NCBI GenBank assembly: GCA_965247455.1
Contig: CBDFHE010000016.1
Coordinates: 183,054-247,053, forward strand
Direction: 5' to 3'
DNA length: 64,000 bases
From: Candidatus Acidiferrales bacterium
GTDB taxonomy: Bacteria; Acidobacteriota; Terriglobia; Acidiferrales; 2-02-FULL-67-57
The position numbers and the translations under genes are program-made. This document shows, in pieces, positions 1 to 10,009 of this stretch. The notes beneath the pieces were generated by a model. The model worked only from the letters and a program-made list of their open reading frames with translations, was not told the DNA's origin and did no database searches. How positions within the stretch are numbered: position 1 is the first letter of the stretch; every line of letters begins with the position of its first letter.

Positions 1-940
1 CTTGCAGCTCGGCCGTCCCGGCGGACGAAAGAGGATGTCTTCGATTTCCAGCTCCAAGCTCTTGTTCGCCGGCATGCGAATGGCATAGTCCACGTCGCGC
101 TGCTCGAGCGCGTCGTAGATCTCGGGCTTCGCGAACGCGGCGTCTGCGCGGAACGCTACGCGCTTGCCCTCCACCTGCTGCCGGTCAATCTCCGGTACGA
201 GCAGGTCGTCCCAGTCGTCGGCGCTATGCACGTTGCCTGGCCGCAGCGTGGCGGCGAGGCAGTCCCCATGCTCGGTGAACAGAAACAGCGGGTGGTAGCA
301 GACGGACTCGAAGTGCCCGTTATAGGCGCTCCCTTCCTGCGCCCCATGCACCGGGCTCTCGCTCGAATCCATGTCGAGCACGATCCGGTCGGCGCGCGTC
401 GCCATCTCGGCCTGTGCAAGCACCTCCCGGTTCACGGCCCTCAACCCGACGAGATTCTCCTCGTGGGTCAGCAGCTCTGTCTCGAACCAATGCAGCGTCG
501 ATGTCAGCGCCGCACCCCGGTCCCAGCGCTTTGGCGACCCGATGAGACGAAATGTTGGGTCTGCCGACACGCGCCCCGCGTCGTTGAGATCTTCGTAGCC
601 CGCGAGGCGACTGTAGACCGACTGCCGCAGGAGATCCACCACGCTGAACTGGGTGTTCATCCCCTGTCGGGAATCGCTCAGGTGCTCGGCGATGAGTGTC
701 TCCAGCCCCAGACGTTCATCCAACTCGCGCACCAGAATGAGGCCAGCGTCAGAAGTGACGCGCGATCCCTGGAACGCGACTTTCAAGAAGCCGTTGAACG
801 CGAACTGGAATGGCTCGTGTTGTAATTCACCCACCGGGTGTCACCCTCCGTAGTGTGGTTCCTTACGTCGGAGCCCCAAAACTCAAGGCGCGGCGACTGG
901 TCCTGGCGATACGGTACCACAGCCAAATCGGAAATCCGGG
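1..940 (-). mobile_element. IS1380-family element, copy 1 (cut by window edge); transposase 5' part at 1..834
   Basis: Near-identical to complete copies in the window; end CCCGGATTTCCGATTTGG (minus strand) at 940. Confidence 0.93.
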
Positions 941-1019
941 CTTTAATCCTTCTCTAATGAAATCCTTATTTCCGTGTAATAAGAATGCTGCGAATCCACA
1001 CTCTAATCGGGAGGCTGAA

Positions 1020-1292
1020 ATGGCAGACACGAGAACTCAGGTGAAGGCAATGCAGGGCGATCTTGAAGTTGTGAATTTCAATGAAATAAGCCTGCAGGGG
1101 TGCTACGTCCTGCTGGACACAGGCCAACTGGTGCGTGTACCTACCCAGGCGATTGGACCTGAGCCCAAGCCAACGATCACTATCCACCAACAGGGGATTA
1201 CGCGAGCTGCCCTGCTCACTGACAACGACGCTGAAATGGTTTCCACCCTGCGGGACATTGCTCTCCACAACGCCATCAAACCTAATTTCTGA
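1020..1292 (+). CDS. hypothetical protein, 90 aa
   Basis: ATG preceded by GGGAGG; ORF MADTRTQ...IKPNF; no recognised domain. Confidence 0.6.
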   Translation: MADTRTQVKAMQGDLEVVNFNEISLQGCYVLLDTGQLVRVPTQAIGPEPKPTITIHQQGITRAALLTDNDAEMVSTLRDIALHNAIKPNF

Positions 1293-1408
1293 ACTTGAAA
1301 CCGGAGTTCTGGGTGGTGGGAAAGAACGGCAGTCCCTCGTTGGAAGGCGATCTACGCAGTAAGGAGGCCAACCCGCCACCCAGGCTTCCCCTTCAGGGAG
1401 CTAGAGAA

Positions 1409-1549
1409 ATGGAAGCAAGGGGAGACATCGTAGTGCTCTATCGCCGGTGGCGTCGGCGTGAGCTTTTGTGGTACCGCGTAAAGATCGCTCTTGGCCTCGG
1501 TGGGTTTGCGACGCTGACTTGGATGACTATTCAACTCTTCGGGAAATAG
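1409..1549 (+). CDS. small putative membrane protein, 46 aa
   Basis: ATG after GGAG; basic stretch followed by a hydrophobic C-terminal helix. Confidence 0.4.
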   Translation: MEARGDIVVLYRRWRRRELLWYRVKIALGLGGFATLTWMTIQLFGK

Positions 1550-1749
1550 AACTACTGTCCCCTGGTCGGGAATTGCCTGACCCCCCTATTCAACCAATCG
1601 AGGTGCCGGTTGGTGGCGCTGGTGGGGGTCACCCCCGTAACAGCCCCAGCGTTGGCCCATGACCTACTCAATGACGCAGCTTGCCAAACCATCCCACACC
1701 CACACCTGCGACCGTTGCCACGGCGAATTTCCTTGTTGGGAGAAGGACT

Positions 1750-2003
1750 TTCGGCGTTCGGGCTTGCACGGCTTTCGTCATGCGAACAGCAGCTTGATGG
1801 ACAGGCTCAGCACGCCAGTGAAAGTTAGGCAAGAACGACTTGGGCACAGCGACCCACGGATCACAATCAACACCTACACTCACAGTGTGGGCCAAGATGA
1901 CCGCAGGATTGCTGCCCAGTTGGGCAAGATTCTGCACCCAGATGCACCCAAGTCGGTAGAGGAGTGTGTTAGTCTTGTTGAGGAACTGCGTTTGGTTCAA
2001 TAA
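1750..2003 (+). pseudogene. tyrosine integrase C-terminal remnant
   Basis: LHGFRH...LGHSD...TYTH catalytic boxes; no N-terminal domain; ends at the tRNA 3' end. Confidence 0.8.
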
Positions 2004-2009
2004 GTTAGA

Positions 2010-2086
2010 TGGTTGCGGGGGCAGGATTTGAACCTGCGATCTTTGGGTTATGAGCCCAACGTGGTACCAGACTCCACTACCCCGCG
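2010..2086 (-). tRNA. tRNA-Met(CAT), initiator type
   Basis: Minus strand CGCGGGG...GGGCTCATAACCC...GGTTCAAATCC...CCCCGCAACCA; C1:A72 mismatch, three G:C pairs in anticodon stem, encoded CCA. Confidence 0.95.
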
Positions 2087-2136
2087 GCAGCATTGTACTC
2101 GAAGTACCCCCTTCTGGCAACCCTCGAAACTGAAGT

Positions 2137-3522
2137 TGTAGCTGCAAAGTGAGAATGTCCTATTTGCGCAAAGTAGGAATGTCCTCTTTCATCAGGGCCA
2201 GGAGGGACGATGAGAGAGGAGCGAATCGAATTGAGCCAACGGGAGCAGGATCGGTTGAAGGTACTCCACCAAGTCGAGCAGGGCTATCTGACCCAGGTGG
2301 AAGCGGGCCGGCGGGTGCAGGTGAGCGTACGCCACCTGCGGCGTCTGCTGAGACGGGTGCGGGCGGAGGGGGACAGGGGCGTAGTGCATCGGCTGCGGGG
2401 GCGGCCCTCGAACCGGAAGATTCCAGCGGCCCTCCAGGGGCGCATCCTGGCCCAGGTGCGGCGGCGCTACGCCGACTTTGGGCCCACGCTGGCCAGCGAG
2501 CACCTGGCGCGAGATGGGTGGCAGGCCAGCCGGGAGACGCTGCGGCAGTGGATGACCGCCGCCGGGCTGTGGCGGTCGCGCCGGCAGCGGAGGCCGGCGG
2601 TGCACGTCTGGCGAGAGCGGCGGGCCGCCTTCGGCGAGTTGGTGATGATGGACAGCTCGCCCTATCGCTGGTTGGAGCGGCGCGGACCTCCCGTGCAGTT
2701 GATCGCGCTGATCGACGACGCTACCAGCCGGGTCTGGGGCCGCTTCGCCGCCCAGGACTCGACCGAGGAAAACCTGCGCACCCTGGCAGGCTGGCTCCGG
2801 CGCTGGGGACGGCCGCGGGCACTCTATACCGACAAAAGCAGCCTGTTCCGCACCACCCGCTCGGCCCGGCTCGACGAGCAGCTCGGCGGTCAGCCGGCCC
2901 GCACCCAGATCGGGCGGGCCCTGCAGGAGTTGGGGATCGAGTGGATTCCCGCCCACAGCCCCCAGGCCAAGGGGCGCATCGAGAGACTATTCGGCACCTT
3001 GCAGGACCGCCTGGTCAAGGAGATGCGCCTGGCCGGGGTGCACACGGTGGAGCAGGCCAACCGCTTCCTGGCAGCAGTCTTCCTGCCTTTCTGGGAGCAG
3101 CGCTTCACCGTCGCTCCGCGCCAGCCGCACGATGCCCACCGCCCGCTGGGAGGCACCCAGCGGCTGGAGTCAATCCTGAGCGTGCGCGAACCGCGCCGGG
3201 TGGCAGGCGACTACACCGTGCGCTGGCAGGGCCAGCGCTGGGCGATCCCGCGCGCCCAGGTGCGAGCGGGGTTGCGGGGGGCGCGGGTGGAGGTCGAACG
3301 GCGGCTCGACGGCAGCCGCTGGGTCCGCTTCCGCGGCTCTTATCTCAGCCTGCGGCCCTGCCCGAGCCCGCCGCCCGCGCCCGCAACCCCCTTCGGCCTA
3401 CGGCCTACGGGGCTTGCGGGCCCAAGGAAAGGCAAACGAAAGTACATTCCCCCTCCCGATCACCCTTGGAGGAGGACATTTCTATCTGGCAAAAAACCGG
3501 ACATTTCTACTTTGCGTTGACA
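2137..3522 (+). mobile_element. IS1202/ISNCY-family element with 16-bp TSD
   Basis: TGT...ACA ends; repeated GCAAAGTnnnAATGTCC end motifs; CCCTCGAAACTGAAGT at 2121-2136 and 3523-3538. Confidence 0.88.
2210..3520 (+). CDS. ISNCY/IS1202 DDE transposase
   Basis: N-terminal HTH; MDSS, IDDATS, YTDK and SPQAKGRIERLFGTLQDRL motifs. Confidence 0.92.
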   Translation: MREERIELSQREQDRLKVLHQVEQGYLTQVEAGRRVQVSVRHLRRLLRRVRAEGDRGVVHRLRGRPSNRKIPAALQGRILAQVRRRYADFGPTLASEHLARDGWQASRETLRQWMTAAGLWRSRRQRRPAVHVWRERRAAFGELVMMDSSPYRWLERRGPPVQLIALIDDATSRVWGRFAAQDSTEENLRTLAGWLRRWGRPRALYTDKSSLFRTTRSARLDEQLGGQPARTQIGRALQELGIEWIPAHSPQAKGRIERLFGTLQDRLVKEMRLAGVHTVEQANRFLAAVFLPFWEQRFTVAPRQPHDAHRPLGGTQRLESILSVREPRRVAGDYTVRWQGQRWAIPRAQVRAGLRGARVEVERRLDGSRWVRFRGSYLSLRPCPSPPPAPATPFGLRPTGLAGPRKGKRKYIPPPDHPWRRTFLSGKKPDISTLR

Positions 3523-3566
3523 CCCTCGAAACTGAAGTTCGGAGTTCGCGGAAAAACTTCCGAGGT

Positions 3567-4817
3567 TCAGGACTTCATTTGCTCGAGGAGGAGAATGAAC
3601 AGGACCAGGTAGCTCTTGATGCTGCTGGTGATGAGGAAGTTAGCTTTGACGTGCTCGTAGCCGTTCTCGCCCAAGCGTTGCATCACCGCAGGGTTGGAGA
3701 GAAGGTAACGGATTTGAAACGCGCAGCCTTCAATCGAGTGAACCAGCATTCCGGTTTGTTTATGGATGATCTGGCTGGGAATGCCTCCGACCGCTGAGGC
3801 CACCACCGGAACTTTCTTCCACAGCCCCTCGGCCACGGTCAGGCCGAAACCCTCGCGCAGGGACTTCTGAATCACAATGGTCGAGGCACGCTGGAGCGCA
3901 TTGATTTCCAGCGCGCTCCACGGCGGCAGCTCCAATACGCGCACGTCGGGGTCCTTCCCCGCCGCTTCGCGGACTTCCGCCAGCACTTCGCCGCCTTCGG
4001 GATCGTCCCGGGCGCCACCGCCCGCCAGCACCAGTTGGCAATCCACGTATTTCTTGACCATCTTGTAAGCGCGGATGACGCCCACCGGGTCCTTCAGACG
4101 GTCGAAGCGCGAGACCTGGGTGAGGATGGGGCGGCGGGCGTCGATCTGGAAACGCTCCAGCACGCTCGCAACGTATTCGGGTTCGAGCTCGCGATTCTTC
4201 TCCGACAAAGGATCAATGGCGGGGAAAAAGAGATTCTGCGGGACGGTGAGTTTGCGGGAAAAGTTGGGGGAGGAAAAAATCGCGGCGTCGAACTTTCTCA
4301 CCCAGGGTTCCAGAAAGGACCACACCGCCGGACTGGGGTTGGAGAGGTCGATGTGACAACGCCAAATCCAGGGTTTCTTCCGCTTTTCCTGCTCGCGTTG
4401 GTGGACGAGCCCGACCGGCTGCGGGTCATGGATGACCACGATATCCTCGGAAAAGTCCATGCGCGCGCGGTTCATCTCGTTCACGGCTAGGAATAACTCA
4501 AAGTCCGCCGGGCGGGACTCATAGGGAGCACCGTGCAGCGCGTTGTGGAAGGCTTTGGTCACTTCGAAGAAATCATTGCCGCCGGTAATGACATCCCAGC
4601 GCGTCGGCACTTCTAGGTCTTGCAGCAGTGGCACCATGCAGTTCAGGATTTCGGCCACGCCGCCGCCGACCGAAGTGGAGTTTACCATTTTGACCGTGCG
4701 CCCGCCCAGCCGGGCAGCCAGCGAACGCAACAGGCTGATCTCGGCTTCGCCCAAGACGGCGGCGTAATCTTCCAGATGAACAATGCGGGGCAGCGGAATG
4801 GAAGGATTGGAACCCAT
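3567..4817 (-). CDS. treT: trehalose glycosyltransferring synthase (GT4)
   Basis: NSTSVGGGVAEIL, IHDPQP, WRCHID, QVSRFDRLKDP, EGFGLTVAE; likely ATG overlaps upstream stop. Confidence 0.82.
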   Translation of the reverse strand: MGSNPSIPLPRIVHLEDYAAVLGEAEISLLRSLAARLGGRTVKMVNSTSVGGGVAEILNCMVPLLQDLEVPTRWDVITGGNDFFEVTKAFHNALHGAPYESRPADFELFLAVNEMNRARMDFSEDIVVIHDPQPVGLVHQREQEKRKKPWIWRCHIDLSNPSPAVWSFLEPWVRKFDAAIFSSPNFSRKLTVPQNLFFPAIDPLSEKNRELEPEYVASVLERFQIDARRPILTQVSRFDRLKDPVGVIRAYKMVKKYVDCQLVLAGGGARDDPEGGEVLAEVREAAGKDPDVRVLELPPWSALEINALQRASTIVIQKSLREGFGLTVAEGLWKKVPVVASAVGGIPSQIIHKQTGMLVHSIEGCAFQIRYLLSNPAVMQRLGENGYEHVKANFLITSSIKSYLVLFILLLEQMKS

Positions 4818-5473
4818 TACTTCTCCACCCAGGCGCGGGCCAGCTCGATGATTTTGCTCCGTACTCCTTCCAGCGTGTTGGTATAGATATCGATTCGCTC
4901 CACCTGTTCCGCCAGCTCCGGCAAATCGAGGCTCCGGCGCAGCCACTCGGAAAAATCGTTGGTTTCCAACTGCAAACGCAGGCGGGAAGTAAGGAAATGG
5001 AAATGGATGGAGCTGAGGCTGGCGTTCTTGACACCCTCGGCGAACTCCCTCAACGTCCGTGCCACGACGCCGGTGGGCACGGTCACCAGCACGGTCTCGC
5101 AGAGATAAAAAGGCTCGAAGCCGGTGCGGTCGCGCCGGGTGGGGTTGTCTTTGATGTAGGCTCCCGTCACCCGAGTGAGTTGTTTTCGCAGGGCGGAGAT
5201 AGACACATAGTCGCGCACGTCCACTGCCGCCAATTGCTCGGCCAGGGTACTCTCGTTGCACGCCGCCAGGGCCCACTGCGCGAAGTCGTTGGTAAACCCC
5301 TCCGTCAGGTAATGGTGGGCTTGGAGGGTCTGAAACGTGTGGTGAAAGATGGAGGCGTCACTGGCAGTTTTTAGCAGCCCATGCAGTTCCGCCAGCGTGG
5401 TAGCACGCGTCCCGCAGATGCGCACAACGTGGGCGTCGCTGGTAAACGTGAACGTCTTTTTGGCCTGTAGCAT
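4817..5473 (-). CDS. DUF5752-like protein
   Basis: Internal duplication (SIFHH...NDFAQW / SIHFH...NDFSEW); coupled to treT. Confidence 0.7.
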   Translation of the reverse strand: MLQAKKTFTFTSDAHVVRICGTRATTLAELHGLLKTASDASIFHHTFQTLQAHHYLTEGFTNDFAQWALAACNESTLAEQLAAVDVRDYVSISALRKQLTRVTGAYIKDNPTRRDRTGFEPFYLCETVLVTVPTGVVARTLREFAEGVKNASLSSIHFHFLTSRLRLQLETNDFSEWLRRSLDLPELAEQVERIDIYTNTLEGVRSKIIELARAWVEK

Positions 5474-5511
5474 GGTTTTTGTTCAGGAGGATGCGGGCGG
5501 TCGAAGGGGGC

Positions 5512-6219
5512 CTACAGGTGGCGGATCTGGTCCTCCTGATCTTTCGGCATGTGCTTGCGCAGTTGTCCTTCCAACAGTTCGCGAGCCAAATCGCGCCCGC
5601 CCAGTCCAAAAGCTATGGCCAGAGCCAGCACCACGCCTCCGAAAACTGCTCCAAAGGCTACCAGGACGGTGGTCCGCCCAATCCCCAAATGCTCCAGCGC
5701 CGCCACGGTCGCCAGCGACATGACCAGAAAACGCACCGTGCCGGCGGCCAGCGAAGCAGCGCGCATCTGTGCATTGACAGCCGCCAGCAGGACCGCACGG
5801 CCCAGAAAGCGACTGGCAATCGCTCCCAGCACCAGGATAAAGCCCGCTACAATTAAGTTCGGCAGGTAGGCCAGAAACTGTACCAGCAACTTGTCGCTCA
5901 CTTCCGTTTCCAACGCACTCAAGCCGGTGAGCAAGGCCAAGATAATGATGAACCACTGCACGGCCTGGCCGGCCAGATAGGAAGGCGAGCGAAAAGCCCC
6001 CACGCGCTCGACCGCGGTTGTGATGCCCAGGCGGGCGCAGAGGCGGTCGAAGGTCAGCAGACGCAACAGCCGGTAGATAATCTCCTTGAGCAGCCAGGCC
6101 ACCAGCAGCCCAATCAGCACAATCACCAGGCTCTGCAGGAGGTCGGGCAGAAGGCTCAGTACGTCGTCGCGGAAGCGGCCTAGCGGGTCGAGGATTCCTT
6201 TTTGCCAGAAGTCGGTCAT
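5512..6219 (-). CDS. MscS/CmpX-like transmembrane-helix repeat protein
   Basis: YLPNLIVA repeat; C-terminal LALAIAFGLGGRD. Confidence 0.75.
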   Translation of the reverse strand: MTDFWQKGILDPLGRFRDDVLSLLPDLLQSLVIVLIGLLVAWLLKEIIYRLLRLLTFDRLCARLGITTAVERVGAFRSPSYLAGQAVQWFIIILALLTGLSALETEVSDKLLVQFLAYLPNLIVAGFILVLGAIASRFLGRAVLLAAVNAQMRAASLAAGTVRFLVMSLATVAALEHLGIGRTTVLVAFGAVFGGVVLALAIAFGLGGRDLARELLEGQLRKHMPKDQEDQIRHL

Positions 6220-6352
6220 GGCGAACGCAAAAGCGGAAAGATTACCGGGCTCGGATTCTCCTCAGCCCAAAACGGCCCGGTTCGGGTCTGGGCTGTTGTC
6301 GGAATCAGACCCTGTGCACTAGAATCCTAGCTTCGGTTAGGCTGAAGGTCAA

Positions 6353-7303
6353 ATGATTTACTACCGCACCTCCCGGTTGCACAGCCCCGCGCTGCTGCTT
6401 CTGCTCGCCTTCCTGTTTGTCTTTGCGTCTAGCCGCGCGCAGGACGACCCGCCGGCGGCCAGTCTCCAACCGGAAGTGGGGCAACTTCTGCCGGTTTCAT
6501 CCCCAGTGGAAGCACCCACGGCGATTCGCATCGTAAGTTTTAATGTGCACCTGGCTACAGACCTGCCGCTGCTGATTGCGAGCATTCAGGAAAACCCCAA
6601 CCTGCGGCGGGCAGACCTATTCCTCTTGCAGGAGATCGAGAGCTACCCTGCCGAGGGCGCCAGCCGCACGCGCAAGCTGGCGGAGGCGCTCGGCCTCAAT
6701 TATGTGTACGGCCCAGCGCGACCCACAGAAAATCAAGGCAAGCCCGGCACCCATGGGCTGGCCATTCTCAGCCGTTATCCACTCTCGGAGGTTCAAATCC
6801 TACTGTTGCCGCGCCTGAACTTGCGCTACAAGAGCCGCCAGCGCATCGCCCTGGCTGCCACCGCCGATGTGGCGGGCCGGCCGCTGCGCGTGTACAACCT
6901 CCATCTGGACACCCGGGCCAATTCGGCTGTTCGCATCAAGCAACTGGTGCCTGTATTGGAGGCAGCCAACAGTGATGGAAGGACGGCGCAGGTGGTCGGG
7001 GGCGACTTCAATACCAACCCCTTTCGCTGGCTGTGGAGCACGATTCCCATCTTTCGATCCCACCAGGCAAAGGCGGTCGATGCATTTATGAAAGAAAAGG
7101 GCTTCCAGACCTCCTTTGCCAAGGAAGGTCCGACCAGCCGGAAAGCGTTCTTTCCGCTTCGTCTGGATTCACTCTACACGCAGGGCGTGCGGTGGCTGGA
7201 CTACGCCATCGAACGTTCGGTGAAATCTTCCGACCACGCGCCGCTCTGGATAGACATTGCCTGGCCGCCTGGTGAGGCCGCCGCCGGGGACTTTGCCCAT
7301 TAG
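6353..7303 (+). CDS. secreted endonuclease/exonuclease/phosphatase family protein
   Basis: Signal peptide; SFNV, LQE, GGDFNT, LD and SDHAP motifs. Confidence 0.85.
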   Translation: MIYYRTSRLHSPALLLLLAFLFVFASSRAQDDPPAASLQPEVGQLLPVSSPVEAPTAIRIVSFNVHLATDLPLLIASIQENPNLRRADLFLLQEIESYPAEGASRTRKLAEALGLNYVYGPARPTENQGKPGTHGLAILSRYPLSEVQILLLPRLNLRYKSRQRIALAATADVAGRPLRVYNLHLDTRANSAVRIKQLVPVLEAANSDGRTAQVVGGDFNTNPFRWLWSTIPIFRSHQAKAVDAFMKEKGFQTSFAKEGPTSRKAFFPLRLDSLYTQGVRWLDYAIERSVKSSDHAPLWIDIAWPPGEAAAGDFAH

Positions 7304-8991
7304 CGCGGCTCAATCCGAAACGGCATCATCAGCAGCCCCGGCTCGCGGTTCAGCAAGAGTCGTTCGGGATCGAGCCACGCCCGCCGCGCGGTCGCTGCTC
7401 CGCCACTCATGCCCAACCAGCTTTGCAACTGCTCCCAAGTAGACTTGGGCCGAGGGAAGATTACGTATTGAACCGGCTGTTCTTCGGGAATGTTCGCTAA
7501 CTCCTTGGCCAGGGCCACCGCCCGCTCCAGCCCGCCCAATTCGTCCACCAAGCCGTGCTCCTTGGCCTGCGTGCCCAGCCAGACGCGGCCTTTGGCAATG
7601 CGGTCGACCTCCTCGACTGACATCCCCCGTCCTACCGAGACCCGCTGCAGGAAACTGTCGTAGGTATCTCTCATGAATTTCCGCACCACTCGACGCTGGG
7701 CGGGGGTAAAGTTTTCGAATGGATAGAGGAAAGTGGCGTTGGGCGCAAGCGCGACGTAGTCCTTGGTCATCCCCAGCATTTCGTAAAAGCCCTTCAGGTT
7801 TAATTTGCCAAAGACGACCCCAATGGAACCTGTGACTGTCCCCGGGTCGGCCACAACCTTGTGCGCCGACATTGCAATCAGGTAGCCGCCCGAAGCGGCC
7901 ACATCTGACATGGAAACCACCAGCGGCTTTTTTTCTTGGGCCAGTTCCACTTCCCGGCGGATGACCTCAGAAGCGATGGCGGAACCGCCCCCGCTGTCGA
8001 CCCGCAGAACGATGGCCTTGACGGAGCCATCCTTGCACGCCTGCCGCAAAGCGCCCGCGACGGTGTCTGCACCCATCACCCGGCCTTCCAGGGGCGAATA
8101 GCCGCTCTTGCCGCTCACGATGGTACCGGTGGCATAGACAATGGCAACCTTGGGGCCGGAGCGAGGCGTGGTGCGCTGGAGGTAGTTTTCCGCGCTAACG
8201 GTATTCAACTCCGAGCTGCCCGCTTTCTCTTTGAGCAGGTCGCGGTACTGGTCGTAGTAGAGAAGTTTGTCGATGAGTTTATTTTCAACCGCTTCGTGGG
8301 CGAGGTAGGGGCCGCTGCGCACCAATTGCTCGACCGCCGCCGCGTCCATGTCGCGCCCCGCCGCGATTCCGTCCACCAGTTGTCGCTGCCAGCCGGTGAG
8401 CAGGTCGGTGACCATTGTGCGGTGTGCGGGCGTGAAACGTTTTTCCGTGTACACATTCGTAAATGTTTTGTACTCAGCAATGTGGTAGAGATCGGGATAA
8501 ATGTGCAGCTTGTCGAGCGTGCCACGGATGAAAGTGGTGTGCCCCATCAAGGCGTTCAACCCCAGCAGGCTGGTGGGAGTCAAATAGACTTCCGGGCAGG
8601 CAGTGGCCAGGTAGTAGCTGAGATTGAATCCTGTTTCCAGGTAGGCGGTGCAGAATTTTCCGTTGGCGACCAGGGCCTGGAGTTTGTCGCGCAGTTCTTG
8701 CACCTTGCCGAAATTCATGCCGACATTCTGTACTTCCAGGGACACACCGGCGATGCGGGGGTCGTTTTGGGCGCGGTCCAACGCTTCCAGCAGGCGGCGG
8801 AAAACCGTCACATCGCCCTCAAACATACGTGCGCTCAGGTCGGGCCAATCCTCTTCCGCCACTTGTCCGGCGATGGTCAGCGTGAGCACGCTTTCGCTGG
8901 GGATGCGCGTCGCAATTTGCCCGGCAATGACCAGTCCCACCAACAACACGACTACAAGGATCAGAAAAATGTAACGTTTCTTGATTGCCAT
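7300..8991 (-). CDS. sppA: signal peptide peptidase SppA (protease IV)
   Basis: Two S49 domains; LRVDSGGGSA, SMSDVAASGGY, GRVWLG. Confidence 0.92.
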   Translation of the reverse strand: MAIKKRYIFLILVVVLLVGLVIAGQIATRIPSESVLTLTIAGQVAEEDWPDLSARMFEGDVTVFRRLLEALDRAQNDPRIAGVSLEVQNVGMNFGKVQELRDKLQALVANGKFCTAYLETGFNLSYYLATACPEVYLTPTSLLGLNALMGHTTFIRGTLDKLHIYPDLYHIAEYKTFTNVYTEKRFTPAHRTMVTDLLTGWQRQLVDGIAAGRDMDAAAVEQLVRSGPYLAHEAVENKLIDKLLYYDQYRDLLKEKAGSSELNTVSAENYLQRTTPRSGPKVAIVYATGTIVSGKSGYSPLEGRVMGADTVAGALRQACKDGSVKAIVLRVDSGGGSAIASEVIRREVELAQEKKPLVVSMSDVAASGGYLIAMSAHKVVADPGTVTGSIGVVFGKLNLKGFYEMLGMTKDYVALAPNATFLYPFENFTPAQRRVVRKFMRDTYDSFLQRVSVGRGMSVEEVDRIAKGRVWLGTQAKEHGLVDELGGLERAVALAKELANIPEEQPVQYVIFPRPKSTWEQLQSWLGMSGGAATARRAWLDPERLLLNREPGLLMMPFRIEPR

Positions 8992-9096
8992 GGAAGGCCT
9001 CCTACGCAGGAGATGCAGCGCGACGAGTTATGTTAGGTGACTGCAGGGAGGGGGTCAACCTGAGCGCCGCTTCCCTGCCCCGCGTGCCGCAAACGG

Positions 9097-9858
9097 TTAC
9101 TTTTGCACCCAGTACTGCTCTTCGCGCAACGACTCTTTGGAAAAGCCCCGGCGCAGCAAGATGCCCTTGGATTTTTCAATCATTTCGGGATGACCGCAGA
9201 GGTAGGCCGTGGTGTCGGTCGCGGCCAGGTTGAGTTGGTCGCTATATTTGCGCAGGATGTCTTCGCACCGTCCGGTTTCCCCGGCCCAGTTCGGGTCTTC
9301 CCAGGGACGGCTGATGGTGGGGATGTAGGTCAGCCACGGAGCTTCGCCGGCGTAACGCTCGAACTCCTCGCGGTAGCCCAGCTCCCAGGAACGGCTGGCG
9401 CCCTGGAGAACCACCACCTGCCAACCCGCCGGGAATTTCCCCTCCTTCCAGTCCTGGTAGAACGAGCGCACCATGCTGCAATAAGGGGCTAGGCCGGTGA
9501 CCGTCGCTACCATGAAATGGTTTTTGTGGCCGCTTTGGGTATCGAGGGTGAAACGGCCTTTGGCGACCTTGCGCAGTACCAGCTTGGCGCCCGGCTGCAA
9601 TTCATGCAGCCGCGGTGTCAGCCCCCCTTCGGGCACGCGCTCCAAAAAGAACTCCAAGCTCTCCTCGTAGGGGGAGGAGACGATGGAGTAGGGCCGCTCG
9701 ATGACCTTTTTGCCATCTATGATTCCAAAGGTGGCGTACTGACCGGGAGTAAACTTGAGCGGAGTTTCTGCTTTGAGGCGAATGGCCCACAAATCGTCGG
9801 AAAAATTACGCCGCTCGATGATTTCCGCTTGGGTGTGCTTGTCGCTGGGCACTGCCAC
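9097..9858 (-). CDS. fpr: ferredoxin--NADP+ reductase
   Basis: GQY, RPYSIVS, GGLTPRL, TGLAP, LCGHPEM. Confidence 0.85.
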   Translation of the reverse strand: MAVPSDKHTQAEIIERRNFSDDLWAIRLKAETPLKFTPGQYATFGIIDGKKVIERPYSIVSSPYEESLEFFLERVPEGGLTPRLHELQPGAKLVLRKVAKGRFTLDTQSGHKNHFMVATVTGLAPYCSMVRSFYQDWKEGKFPAGWQVVVLQGASRSWELGYREEFERYAGEAPWLTYIPTISRPWEDPNWAGETGRCEDILRKYSDQLNLAATDTTAYLCGHPEMIEKSKGILLRRGFSKESLREEQYWVQK

Positions 9859-10009
9859 ATTGTTTCTCCGCCGCCGCCGTTATGCATGGTTGGCCAGGCG
9901 GCGACCGACAGTATACTACACACAAGATCTCCTGCTGAACGAGTACACCCACACTCTCACTTTCAACAGAAAATCTTACAGACAGCCGGCAGCCGCCGGT
10001 GCCAGGATG

